Under the pieces are notes generated by a model. That model had not been told where the DNA came from, searched no databases, and was given only the letters and a program-made list of their open reading frames with translations. Both the position numbers and the translations under genes were made by a program. A DNA stretch of 63,780 nucleotides, counting the filler, from Folioceros fuciformis (Eukaryota), in NCBI GenBank assembly GCA_049999805.1. It is 6 parts of 6 records of this genome, joined end to end, with 100 filler letters (N's around TTAATTAATTAA, not from the genome) between each part and the next. Parts side by side here need not be neighbours in the genome. Positions count along the whole stretch, not along the records: positions 15,242 to 28,044 come from JBNGIO010005744.1; positions 28,145 to 43,952 come from JBNGIO010005745.1; 4 more parts are not named here. One strand, written 5' to 3'. Positions 23,725-34,844 of this stretch are shown here, piece after piece; the stretch's first letter is position 1; each line of letters starts with the position of its first letter.

Positions 23725-24165
23725 ATGCCGGTGGTTGGCGAGGTGCTGCCACCACCCTGCCAGCGGCGGACGGGGTAGGTCCGCTACCGCCGTCGCAGCT
23801 CCCCGCCGCTAAGGATGACGGAGTCGAGGAAAGCGAGAAGGAAAATGGGGAGGCGCCTCCGGCACCTCCTCAGAGGGTGGCGACGCAGACCAGGTCCATC
23901 GGGATGATCCATCCCCCACCCGACATACGAAGCATTGTAGACAAGACAGCACAGTTCGTGGCGCGGAATGGGCCGGAGTTCGAGAAGAGAATTCTGGCAA
24001 ATGAGAAGAACAATGTGAAGTTCAACTTCTTGACATCCACAGACCCGTACCATGCATACTACCAGCACAGGGTGGCGGAGGCTCGAGCTCAGGGGCAGGC
24101 GGCCGCGCAGCCTGCAGCTGGAGCGCCGAAACCTGCAGAGCAGGGTGCAGCTGCGGAGCCTGCAG
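23725..24165 (+). pseudogene. SF3A1: Splicing factor 3A subunit 1 (SF3A1/Prp21) 5' fragment: first SURP/SWAP domain only, frameshifted
   Basis: GPLPPSQL...TRSIGMIHPPPDIRSIVDKTAQFVARNGPEFEKRILANEKNNVKFNFLTSTDPYHAYYQHRV. ATG 23725 (MPVVGEVLPP) is out of frame with the domain. Similarity ends at about 24165. Confidence 0.85.
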
Positions 24166-24779
24166 TCAGTCGGAGATGTGATATATGCTAGGCTTGAGAT
24201 TGGTGTCGTTTCCTACTGCTTTGAGCCGTAAGGATACCAATGCTGGCTGCCTTATTCCCCTTCAGAGGTTCTGATTGACCATTTGACGTATGCTGCCGTG
24301 ATATTTTGTCTTCCAGGTGTACATGGATGAACTTGTAGAAAGTTCTGACTTGTTTGAGGTCTTTCCCGGAGGCCAAGACGATGAAGGAAGCGGTGAATCT
24401 GCTTTTGGCAGCCAGATAGAAATCGTGCTTGAACCTTCTTTCCTCCATGGAACAACCATCTGTGGGGCCTTGCAGTCTGCACAACTGACTTAACCTACCC
24501 TGCTGATGCTGGTTGAGGGCGAAGTTGCGAGGAACACTCCTGCTCCGTGACCACTTATGATGTGAGGATACAGAACATGTTTCGCAACTTAATTCAATTG
24601 ATCACATTTTTCAGTTTCCAGTCAAGATAAACATCAAGTCTTGCATGAACCACCAGGGACAACACACCTTCACAACAATGTTGCCAGATTGTTGACGTTA
24701 TTGTGGAAAGCACGTGCCGTTTGTGGTTTTGGAGTTCAAGATGCTACTGCCAGGGATATCTTCCTAGTTGTGAGGGCAT

Positions 24780-25270
24780 CGAGAAGGCTCAGTCACTGTG
24801 GGAATGGACTTGGATTCTAGTCCAGACTCTTGAACTGATTGTCGGATCCAACGGGCCAGATCAGTAAGAAGACAAATTGACCAACCAGTCCCTTTAAATG
24901 CTAGAAAATTCTTTCAATGCCAGAGGTTCAACTAAGTGGCTTTCGTCCTTTTGAATGCATGCTTATCAAAAGTTTCCAAAGCCTTCCTGCCTTGGCCACT
25001 GCTTATCCTTGGATTGTAGAATTCCAGGGCATTCTAGGCCGCGTTGGCATGCTTTCGAAGTATGCTTCCACACCTTGGGTCCATGTCATTCAGAACATTT
25101 GCTAAAACAATGTGTGTTCCATATCCACGCCATGTTATAAGGGCATGAGATCGTCAGCCTTCATCAGAGTAACACCGACACCCAAGTCCGCGCCAGAAAT
25201 GGAACACTATCTTGCTCAACGTTTTTCTTCGACACAACATTACACAGCAGAGAGGTATCCTTGCAGAGCC
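24780..25270 (-). pseudogene. Heavily decayed PLS-PPR relic
   Basis: Broken frames give KNVEQDSVPFLA, EAYFESMPTR..MPWNSTIQG, GQGRKALETFDK and WIRQSVQESGLES, resembling P/L/S motif ends. Confidence 0.5.
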
Positions 25271-25735
25271 CTTGCTGACCCTGACGCGAACCACACGACC
25301 ACATTTTGCTCCGATACACTGGGAAAGAGATGGTTGAAGCTCGCACTCAGGATTTTAGATGACATCCAAAACGTAAGCCATCATCACCGGAGATGCCCAA
25401 ACCTGGGTTGTGCCAATCGAGAAAGATAAGGTGACTTACGGAAATCGTTATCTCGAGTGCAAGAGGAACAGTTGCTCCTTCCTCAGCCACGAACAACGAT
25501 CTTCTGAATTAAAGGAGGGCCAAACTCGTGACAATTTGCTTGATTCGAGACGTGCACACGTGCAGCTGCCAACCTGAGGAGCTCGGAAAAGATAAGAACA
25601 GACAGAAATCAAAATTGCGGGGACCGTCGAAACTGCGACGGTCCCCTCATCACAAAATTTCAGCCAGCTTACAAGGCCACCCAACCGGCAATCTACACGG
25701 AAGAATCTCTATGCTGAAGGTGCTCGGGAATTTCC

Positions 25736-26406
25736 CTAAGCAGTGACGGCCTCCGAAATCGGGAACTCGAAAGTGACCTCCTTCCCTGTCAACTTCTTGT
25801 ACACGCCCCCGAAAGTCTCCAGCTTGTACTCCGTCGAGTTGCGCTCCTTGGGGTCAAGATAGACCCGCATAATCCTCGACCCATCCAGGCGATACCTGAT
25901 GCGCTTCCCAACAATCTCCGTGGGATACACCAAATCTTCCAGGATAGCTTCATGGACAGCAGTCAGCGTCCGGCTGCGGGGCCTGGTGGCGGCACTGCCC
26001 TTCTTAGGAGGTCTCAGAATCCTCCTCGTCACGATTATCACCACATCCTTGCCGGAGAACTTCTTCTCCAGCTCCCTAACAAGTCTCACGTGGATCTGCC
26101 AACACAAACGCAGCTCCATATCAGAATCCCATCCCATTCCTACACCAAAACCCTAACCCCGCGCAGCAACAATCCACGCACCTTCTGGAACGCCTTCCTC
26201 AAACGGTAGGGCACGTGCACCACGATGGCCTTCCTGTTGCTGGCCACATCCACCTCCTTCGCGCTATTGATGAACAGGTCCTTCAGGTCGGATTTCAGCT
26301 CCTGGTTGGTGCTCTCCAGGTCGAAGAGCGCCTGCGCTACAGACTCTTCGAAGTCATCTGGCTCCGCGCCCTTCTCCTTCTGAATCTTCCTCCTCCCGGT
26401 AAACAT
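25736..26406 (-). CDS. RPS7: 40S ribosomal protein S7 (eS7), 194 aa, 2 exons
   Basis: Exons 26406-26182 and 26095-25736; [44 protein letters not shown]. Telo-box AAACCCTAA in the intron (about 26148-26156). Confidence 0.98.
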
Positions 26407-26859
26407 GGTTACGAATCTGCAGAGCTCGCCAGCAGCTCCAGGTCAGAGAAGCCGCTCGAGGGCAGCAACGAGGGATAGTGCGGACATAAGCGGCAAACCC
26501 AACGGCCTGAGACGCGCGGCGCCAGCCAGCAACTTCAGGTCACTCAAGCCGCGCGAGGGCAACAATGAGAAAGGGCTATGACAGGCAACAACACAACTAT
26601 TTAAAGGCAACCCTATGGGCACATGAGTGTATTAGGATATTTACTAAATCGGTTTTACAAACTTGCTAGAAGGGCTGCATAAGCTGATGGCTTATCTGGA
26701 GGGACACTTCTAATTACGATATACCCCATTAGTTCTACTGGTAGTACTCGTGTCATCCCGACTGCTCATTTGTCACGCAGTGATACTCCGCATCAACGTA
26801 CTCGTGAGCTCGGAATTGAACCTCGGGGTGCCTAGGAGACGCAGAGCCGCTTGGTTGTC

Positions 26860-27607
26860 TATCCTGACACCAGTGGCTTCTGCTGCATCGTACCATGTTC
26901 ATCGAGGAGCCGCATGCGCTCCACGATGCGCTTGGTGGCAAGCGTGACCGGCATGGGATCAAATTCGTAGACGAGAGTGCTATGGCGATCTGCCGCTCGG
27001 ATCGAGAATCGATGGTGGCGGAGCAAATCATCAAAGCAAATCCCGATGTGGATTGCTAATAGGCTACGTCGCGCCACGATCAGTGTTGATGTAGACTGAA
27101 GTTGGAGATAGGAGCAGAAATTCCATTGCCGGTGGGAGGTCCGTAATCCTGATAATCCTTGGTAACCAGAGCACGATGGAAGGTGTGGAGTGCTGGCGAC
27201 GAAGATCTCTGGCACCAGCGACGGACTCACAACTTTCTAGTCGCTGTTGATGAGGGCGAACTGGAAAGTTGTAAGGAGGAGCACAATATTGGATCTTTTC
27301 CATGACATTTGGTGGCTTGGTTGCACAGATGCGAAATCATGAACTTGCTTGACAGAAAATTAAGATGTGAGAGAACCAGTTCTTTTAACCAGGCTTCCAG
27401 GGCCCAAGCTGTGCTGTTGGTGTCTCGCGTGTCACAGAAGGAGTTGGGAAGTGCGTAATTGCCTCTACACAAGTATTGGAGACGCTGATAAGCTTGTAGA
27501 CAGGAGATTTGATGCTGCTCCATGACTGGCTGAAAGGGAGATGGGAGAGCAGGAGGAGTTCCTCGACTCGGTACGTTGTGGAGAACGGGCAGCTGGAGGC
27601 GATTCAT
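26860..27607 (-). pseudogene. Possible decayed F-box/LRR-type gene
   Basis: MNRLQLPVLHNVPSR (F-box-like start) and LKELVLSHLNF (LRR-like) in broken frames; weak. Confidence 0.25.
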
Positions 27608-27937
27608 CTGAACTTCAGGGTGTCAGCGAGCGTGGGGTTTCAGGCGGGGTAGCAGAAGTCTGAGGCGAATCTGACGGAGAGGACGTTGCGCTGTTGCATG
27701 CATATTCTTCCTCTGATTGAGTGATTCAACACTGGTTTGCGTGCCGATTGCGCGCTGACGTTGAAGACGCTTCCACAGAAGCTGTGCTCCTGTCGGACTT
27801 CAGGGAATGTGTGCACGGTCTTTGGCGCGTGGAAGAGTGCATGGGAAGCACCCTCCGCATGTTCGTTTCTTGTAGTGTTTGGAGAACATCGAAGTTGTTT
27901 AGAGATGGGATGGACGGGGAGGATCTGAGCTGCCAAC

Positions 27938-28044
27938 AAATGAGGATGGGTAGAACTGGGTGAGAACTGGGTAGTGATTTCTGGATGAATGAGGATGAGA
28001 ACTGGGTAGTGATTTCTCTGGCTTGCTGTGAAAGATTTGGAGCT
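27938..28044. repeat. Rearrangement junction ending in an exact 47-nt copy of 21043-21089 (NHX exon)
   Basis: 27998-28044 is identical to 21043-21089 and is preceded by partial iterated copies of both flanks. Confidence 0.9.
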
Positions 28045-28144
28045 NNNNNNNNNNNNNNNNNNNNNNNNNNNNNNNNNNNNNNNNNNNNTTAATTAATTAA
28101 NNNNNNNNNNNNNNNNNNNNNNNNNNNNNNNNNNNNNNNNNNNN
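28045..28144. other. Artificial contig linker
   Basis: N44-TTAATTAATTAA-N44. Confidence 0.98.
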
Positions 28145-28228
28145 TCATGGTAGGATTTGAAGGAACTGACTTGATGCAGTATCCAAACCAAACCGTGGAG
28201 TTGATGAGTTAACTGGTCACATGGAAAA

Positions 28229-29045
28229 ATGGACGGGATGCCTCCAGCCAGGCCAACTGCTAGACATGTGGTCTCCCCGAGACACCATGTTGAAGCTCAT
28301 TGCTACCCCACCAAGGGATGTCACAGTGTCAAGTGCTTTGCAGTGGGGAAGAAGATAGGGATTGCATCTGAGCAAAGAGACCCGGCTCCCATTGACTTGG
28401 GCCCGGATCCAGTTGGGTTTTTTTAGGAGAAGAATCTCACCTCGAGAGCCTTCCCGCAGTATTTGCGTGAAAGGTACTACTCTCTCAAGCTCTGTATGGC
28501 GTATTGTTTTAGTAAACATGAAATGAAAGTAGCTGGAGGTGAAAACTGTGGTTGGTTCAGGACTTGGAATTTGAAGCAGACATAGCATAGGAAAAGGGGA
28601 AAATTTTCTCCTAGCATAGGAAAAGGGGAAAATTTTCTCCTGAGCTGCTGCAATTGTTGTCCAGGTACAAAGCTTTGAAGGACTTGAGAATGCTGTGACA
28701 AACTCTGAGAAACCATGTTTTATGACAAATAGGGCTCTTCCTCATGTCAAGAAGTCTAGCTAGGTACAACGCTGTCCGGCTCATGGGTATTCAGGAGCAT
28801 GTAGACTATGCAAGGAGCATGTAGACTATGCAAGGAGCATGTAGACTATGCAAGGAGCATGTAGACTATGCAAGGAGCATGTAGACTATGCAAGTGCTGG
28901 CTATAAGGTACAACCCTGTTGTGCTCTTCATGTGCCTCGTGTTTGAAGGTTCGTTGAGATTATTCTGCGCCCATTTAATGTGCAGAATTTGCCAACTAGG
29001 CAGGTTACGAATGGTAAGTAGTCGCTTTGGAACCCCATAAGATTT
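28229..29045 (+). pseudogene. SBE3: Starch branching enzyme 3 (SBE3/BE1-type, GH13) pseudogene with a large internal deletion
   Basis: DPVGFF*EKNLTSRAFPQYLRER|YKALKDL (SBE3 N-terminus) jumps to ALPHVKKS..YNAVRLMGIQEHVDYASAGYK|VTN..SSRFGTP*DF. Contains stops, a 4-nt duplication and a 20-nt x5 expansion. Introns are retained. Confidence 0.88.
28793..28892 (+). repeat. Perfect 20-nt tandem repeat x5 (AGGAGCATGTAGACTATGCA)
   Basis: Five exact units; the SBE3 copy at about 62937-62956 (minus strand) has a single unit. Confidence 0.95.
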
Positions 29046-29064
29046 TAGGGTTTAGGGTTTAGGG
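29044..29064 (+). repeat. Interstitial telomeric repeat (TTTAGGG)3
   Basis: Three exact plant-type telomere units at the SBE3/copia junction. Confidence 0.85.
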
Positions 29065-29069
29065 TCTTT

Positions 29070-30066
29070 TGTTGCAGAGCTTGGGCAATCCTTGTTTGTT
29101 CGAATAAAGGCAATGGAGTACTCAATACCTTCCCTTCTCTTTGAAACGTTGAAGCACTTTGTTAAACGTTGAAGCACTTTGTTAATGTATTTAGTGCGAG
29201 ACAAGTAAAGCAAATGTTTATGTCTGTCTCGACGAATAGGCATGCCAAGAATATGGCTGGCCTCTCCCAAGTCTATCATGTCAAAGCGAGCATGTAACTT
29301 TTTCCAAGTCTGTCATGTCAAAGCGAGCATGTAACTTTTTCCAAGTCTGTCATGTCAAAGCGAGCATGTAATTTTGACTTCAACGTTGAAATCTCAGCAA
29401 TGCTATTCCAAACAAGTAGCATATCATCCACATTGAGGACTAAAATGAGGAAGCTTCAATCCTTAACTTGCTTCGTATAGAGGCAATGATCCTCATCGCT
29501 TCGTATGTAGCCTTGAGAAAGCATAAATGAGTGGAACTTGTAATACCACTCTCTAGGTGCTTGTTTCAAACCATAAAAGCTCTTCTTTAACCTGCACACC
29601 AGATTCTCTTTGCCCTTCTAAATGAAACCCTCTGGTTGTTGCATGTATACCTCTTCTTGGAGATCACCATGCAGAAATACTGACTTTACATCCATCTAGA
29701 CAATTTCCGTGTCATTCCTCGCAACTAGAGCAAGAACACATCGCAAAGTGGTCATTTTGACAACTGGTGAGAAAATCTCATCAAAGTCAATATCTTATTG
29801 TTGCTTAAAACCCTTAGCTACCAATCGTGCCTTGTACTTGGGTTTGCCATTATGGGGTATGACCTTCATCTTATACAACCATTTGCATGGCAATGCCTTC
29901 TTATCCCTAGGCAACCAGACCAACTCCCAAGTTTGGGTTTTACGAAGCGAATCCATCTGCGACTACATCGCCTTCTCCCACTTGTCCTTGTCAGTCACTG
30001 ACATGGCCTCTTTGTAACAAGAGGGCTCCCCACAATCCGTCAGCATGACATAATGATCCAAATCAC
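29070..30066 (-). mobile_element. Degenerate Ty1/copia reverse transcriptase fragment
   Basis: [76 protein letters not shown] and DLGEASHILGM. Stops and internal tandem duplications. Confidence 0.92.
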
Positions 30067-30067
30067 A

Positions 30068-30700
30068 TGGTCTCAATTCTTCCACTAGCCCTCCTGCCCG
30101 GGCCTTCCAGTGGTTCATGTTGGGCCAGAGCGTTATCTAGACTTGTGCCATGTGTCCCGATGCGGCGTCCCTGCACAGTTCCACCGGTGGTAAATCAATG
30201 GTCGTTCCCTCCATTCTTCTCTGCTCCAAGGTCAACCTGGGCGCCGCCACCACTCCTGGTGCCTCATAGCCTCACACTTCCTTGAGCCTGTCAAGGAAAT
30301 CGCTACGCCCACGCTTCCTTTCTGTTCGCTGCGCGCGCTTGTACGCCGCTCCTTGTCTGCCGAGTTCGCTCCCCGACGCCGCTTCCGCTGTGGTTGCACT
30401 CCACTATGAAAGTACCCTTGGACACTTGGGTCCTTACTTAGGGTTTTCACTTGTCCGTGACGTTCTGGTTTCCACTACCACTTCGGGGTCTCTGCTACCT
30501 ATTGCTCCTTCCGCGACGACTGCCCATCTTTTGCAACCGATGCCGGGTCTCGACTACCTCTCTTCTTAGCCTAAGTCCACAGTTCCTCCTCCGAGCTACT
30601 ATCACCACTAACTCTATAGATATGGGGGAGGCCCTCCTTATATAGGCTTTTAGGACTTGTTCAAAGGCCGAAGGCCAAGGAACAAGCAGCACTCCCCCCG
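30068..30700 (-). mobile_element. LTR with polypurine tract (minus strand)
   Basis: PPT GGGGGGAG immediately before TG at 30691; TATA CCTATATAAGG about 30646-30636. Left boundary approximate. Confidence 0.55.
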
Positions 30701-30988
30701 ACTTGGTGCACGGACCAATTATTAGTCAAACCAACCCGCAACTTAAAAACTTCATGGGCCAAGGAGCGCTTGAGTAGAAATACCCCGGTCTATTCCCAAC
30801 CTAATCCGATTTCACAACAAACTTAACAAAAAGTAGAACACACGTAGTCACACACCTTGGCAGGGGATTCCTAAACATTTTTTCGTTTACAAGCACCATA
30901 GTACCCTTTTTTTTGGCTTCCCACTCATACATGTGAGGAATGCATCGAACTCATGGAGCACGCTTAGCTTTAGGTGCCTCTCCCGGCA

Positions 30989-31042
30989 TGCACGACGTGA
31001 AACTAAGTTTCAAGTGCACGACGTGAAACTAAGTTTCAAGTG
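30989..31042. repeat. 26-nt perfect tandem duplication
   Basis: tgcacgacgtgaaactaagtttcaag x2. Confidence 0.85.
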
Positions 31043-31780
31043 TCGGGATCACATCGCATTTTAGATTGATATACAAAAATTTTATTGGGCTATGTATGGT
31101 GAACAGCCCTGGCACTAATCATGTGGTAGAGAGAGAAATAGGAGAGAGAAACAAAAACCTCAAGACTTTATAGAAAAAAAAGAGATGAAAATTACATCTA
31201 CCCCATGATAACGGAACAACGCGCAATAGGGAAAAGCCAAGAATGAGGCCTAACCCCTCATCTATCTCCCCTTCGTCTAACTATCGCACCAAAAATATCA
31301 CATTTAGTATAAGATTAGCTGCATCCGTCCGCTTATGTCCAAAAAATCGTATTTGCCGAGGCCTTTTGTAGAAAAATGTACACGCGGTGTGTATGCTGGT
31401 GGCCGGCGAGGATGGGCATGGCTCCCTCGGAGTGACTGCCATGGGAAGAGCGGGACATTGCTCTGTCCGTGTCCTTAGCTCATGCCCTCTGTCCGAGTCA
31501 TTTGCTGATGTCGTCCAAGACGAGCAAACTTCTCGACAAAGTTCGACCAGCATCTCAAGACTTTTAACTATATTCTCACACCTCGTACATATATTATAAG
31601 GATACGACCGGACGTATGTCTATCTTAGCTACTACCGACATCTTAGGCATTTCCGACGATTGCCGCGAGCCAAGGTGAAATTTGAACTGTCTGCATGTAG
31701 CTCTTTACTCCTGTCCGTTGTGGACCTGGGGCGGCACCTACACTGGCCCGGAGAGATTGGTGCGCACTTGGGCCTCTGGG

Positions 31781-33804
31781 ATGGCAAATCGCACGGACCC
31801 CACGGCTCGTAGCGTGCATGGCACCAATCCTCAGAACCTCGTGGAGAAAATCTTACGGTCCAAAATCTACCAGAACACATACTGGAAGGAGCAGTGTTTC
31901 GGGCTCACAGGTACAATTTCTGTTTCTGCCTCCTCGGGAATGATGTTTTGTCCTCCTCGTCGTGTGTTGAAGGGCTGTGCCTGCTCTCAGGACTTAGAGT
32001 TGTCTGTGCGCTGGAGGCTGCCCGGAGCTTCTTTGCTGCAATTAGGGTTTTTCCTCTTTTGATTGTATTGGCACTTTTTCAGCGGAAACGCTTGTAGACA
32101 AAGCTATGGAGCTGGATCACTACGGTGGTACATTTGGAGGCAACCGAAAGGCGACTCCTTTCATGTGTCTCACCCTGAAGATGCTTCAGATTCAACCTGA
32201 AAAGGAGATTGTTGTCGAGTTCATCAAGAATGAGGACTACAAGTAAGGCGGGGAGAAAGGGGCTTGTATTTGTGTCAAATTGAAGCTGAGCATGCTGATT
32301 TGAGGTTGCTCTGATGTCTTCTTTGGTTATTACGGTTGCAGGTACGTTAGGATACTAGGTGCCTTTTATCTACGGCTAGTTGGAAAACCAACGGATGTTT
32401 ATCAGTACCTGGAGCCCCTGTATAATGACTACCGCAAGTTGCGGTGCAAGATGGCCGATGGGAGTGAGTTTTCTTATCGAGAATGCCAGTCCACAGTGCC
32501 GAGTTTCTTGGGACTGATGGGTAGTTAGCTGTGATTGCGTTGTTTTCACCAGTTTGATACCGTCGAGGAAGGTAGCTAACTGGTTTACATATGCTCAGGC
32601 TACACGCTCAGCCATGTCGATGAGTACATTGATGAGCTTTTAACTAGGGATTACTGCTGCGATATCTCCTTGCCACGTGTTCCGAAGAGGTAACTCTTCT
32701 TCCTGCCCCCTTGTGGGTTGTAGGAGTCGTAGGCAATGTGCAGCCTCTTTCTTTACCATTTATGGACGTCTTTGGCTCTTACGTCGGTACTCATGTCTCA
32801 GACCTGATTCAGGTGGACTCTAGAAAATACTGCTCTTTTAGAGCCAAGGAGGAGTGCATTAGAGGATGACTTTGAAGAGGAGGATGAGAAAGAGGAGGAA
32901 GAGGTACCTGCTCAGGCAATGGAGGCCTTGGACATAGACAAAGTATGTGGTCTTGGACCAAATGCAGCATGAATTTTGTATCTCTGCCTTTTGCTTGCAA
33001 TAATGTTCTTGTTTATTTCCCTTGATCAGGAGCGACGAAGAAGCCGGAGCCCAGTGAAGGAGAGGGATCGTGAAAGGGATAGGGAAAGAGAGCGCTATCG
33101 TGATTACAGGTGATTGTGGATGACTGTTTTGAACTTGTTCCCTTCTTGCCTCTGGTTCTCCTCTTCACGTGAAAGCTGAACATGCTTATTGCAGGGACAG
33201 AGATCGAGATCGTGAAAGGGACAGGGACCGTGAAAGGGAGCGAGACAGAGATCGAGAGAGGGACAGGGATAGGGACAGGGAGAGGGAAAGAGAACGAGAG
33301 AGGGAGAGGGAAAGGGAGAGAGACAGAGGAAGAGACTACTACCGAGAGAGAGATCGAGACCGTGAGCTTAGGGAGCGAGACAGGGAGAGGGAGCGAGATT
33401 ACTATCGAAGGAATCGTGACCATGACAGAGATCGGTATCGGGACAGGGATAGAAGGAGAAGCAGGTCTCCTCGCAGCAGAAGCAAGAGTAGGGATCGTAG
33501 AGAACGAAATCGTGAATTACGATCCTTATCTCCAATGCCCGAGAGGAAGAAAAGGCACCGTAGCATTAGTCCTGGTAGTAAGCACAGGCGAAGGGCAGAT
33601 GATGAAGGTCCCATGGAGGATGGTGAACACCGGACATCTCATGACGAAGAAGAGAGGAGAAAGAAGAAGAAGGAGAAAAAGGTGAAAGAGAAGGAAAAGG
33701 AGAAGACGGAGCCTGCAGCTGACGGAACCGACCATCCAGATCCAGAAATTGCCGAGGCTAACAGAGTGCGGGCTGCTCTTGGGTTGAAACCTCTGCGACC
33801 TTGA
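31781..33804 (+). CDS. PRP38: Pre-mRNA splicing factor PRP38A with RD/RE/RS-rich tail, 7 exons
   Basis: MANRTDPTARSVHGTNPQNLVEKILRSKIY.., KMLQIQPEKEIVVEFIKNEDYKYVRILGAFYLRL, LEPLYNDYRKLR, C-terminal EIAEANRVRAALGLKPL. Exons 31781-31910, 32083-32242, 32342-32463, 32599-32689, 32813-32942, 33030-33109 and 33195-33804. Confidence 0.96.
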
Positions 33805-34238
33805 ACTGCCCATGGAGGTGATGTGGTTGGAATGGAAGGCATGCGAAACGGTCTCCGAAGCATTGCAGAACATACAGTTCGAGTAGGCAGAGACGTATGG
33901 GATATTGGACTGATGAAGCAAGGAGAGGTAGTCGTACTTACACACTGTTTGCAATGATTGTTTGGTCGGAATGGAAGTTGTGGAAACATACAAATCCGAA
34001 TATTGCTGAGGCTGACAGCTTGCGGGCTTCTCTTGGGTTGAAACCTTTGTGGCCTTGAAATACCCATGGAGGTAGTGTGGTCTGAATGGAAGTCATGAGG
34101 GAAAGTCTCCGACTCATTGCAGACCATACAGCATGAGTAGGCAAAGACGGAAATACGTCATTTTGTACTCATGAACGATGGGGACCAGCCATCCTTACAC
34201 ACGGTGTGCACTGGTTGTCTGGGCGGAATTGAAGGTGT
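33738..34238 (+). repeat. Diverged tandem duplication of about 255 nt covering the PRP38 C-terminal codons, stop and 3'UTR
   Basis: 33738-33981 aligns by eye with about 33991-34238. Confidence 0.85.
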
Positions 34239-34844
34239 TAAAAGGAATGCAAGACTTTGTTGAGAAGGCAGAGCCAGATGGATCGGTCTTCTGAAACGAC
34301 AGAAGCCAATAGGCGTCCTTTTTCACGTCTGAACTCGAATTTCTTGTTCTTGATTTGACTAGGTTGTGTCAAAGTCGCGAGGCTGTGCATGTTCATTTTG
34401 AGGAAGTCCGATATTACCGGTGTTACATGAGAATACGTATACAAATAGTATTATAGGGAAGGGGCTTCTAGTCCTTGACTGTAGCCAGGTGATCGTAGGC
34501 CTATTGGGGGAGATCGGCACATGGGCGAACCCCCTCTGCCCGTGCGCCGGGTGTCCTTATTAATGACGTCTTTGATCATTCAGTTCGTTCGCCTCTCTCC
34601 ACTCGCACGTTGGGTTGCCCTCATTGAGCCCGGTAAGTTTCTTTTTTATTTTCCCTCCTCCAGTACTCCGGCAAGTCAGCCTGTGGTTTGAATTTGCTCT
34701 GCACTGAGCACTGGCTGGCGACAGCAGCCTTCCCCACATTGGGCCGTCCTCTCCCTCTTGTTCTCTTACACAAAGGTCTGAGCTTCTCGACGTTTGCCTT
34801 TTCCCGCGTTCTTGCGAGCAGCAGCATCTCTGCGCCTGGCCGAA

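Noticed and set aside
28793..28892. 20-nt repeats here (and 21-nt repeats at 43265) as a possible CRISPR array
   Set aside because: No spacers and no cas genes; the 20-nt unit is a piece of SBE3 exon.
33195..33500. GA-rich repeat tract
   Set aside because: It encodes the normal RD/RE dipeptide domain of PRP38.
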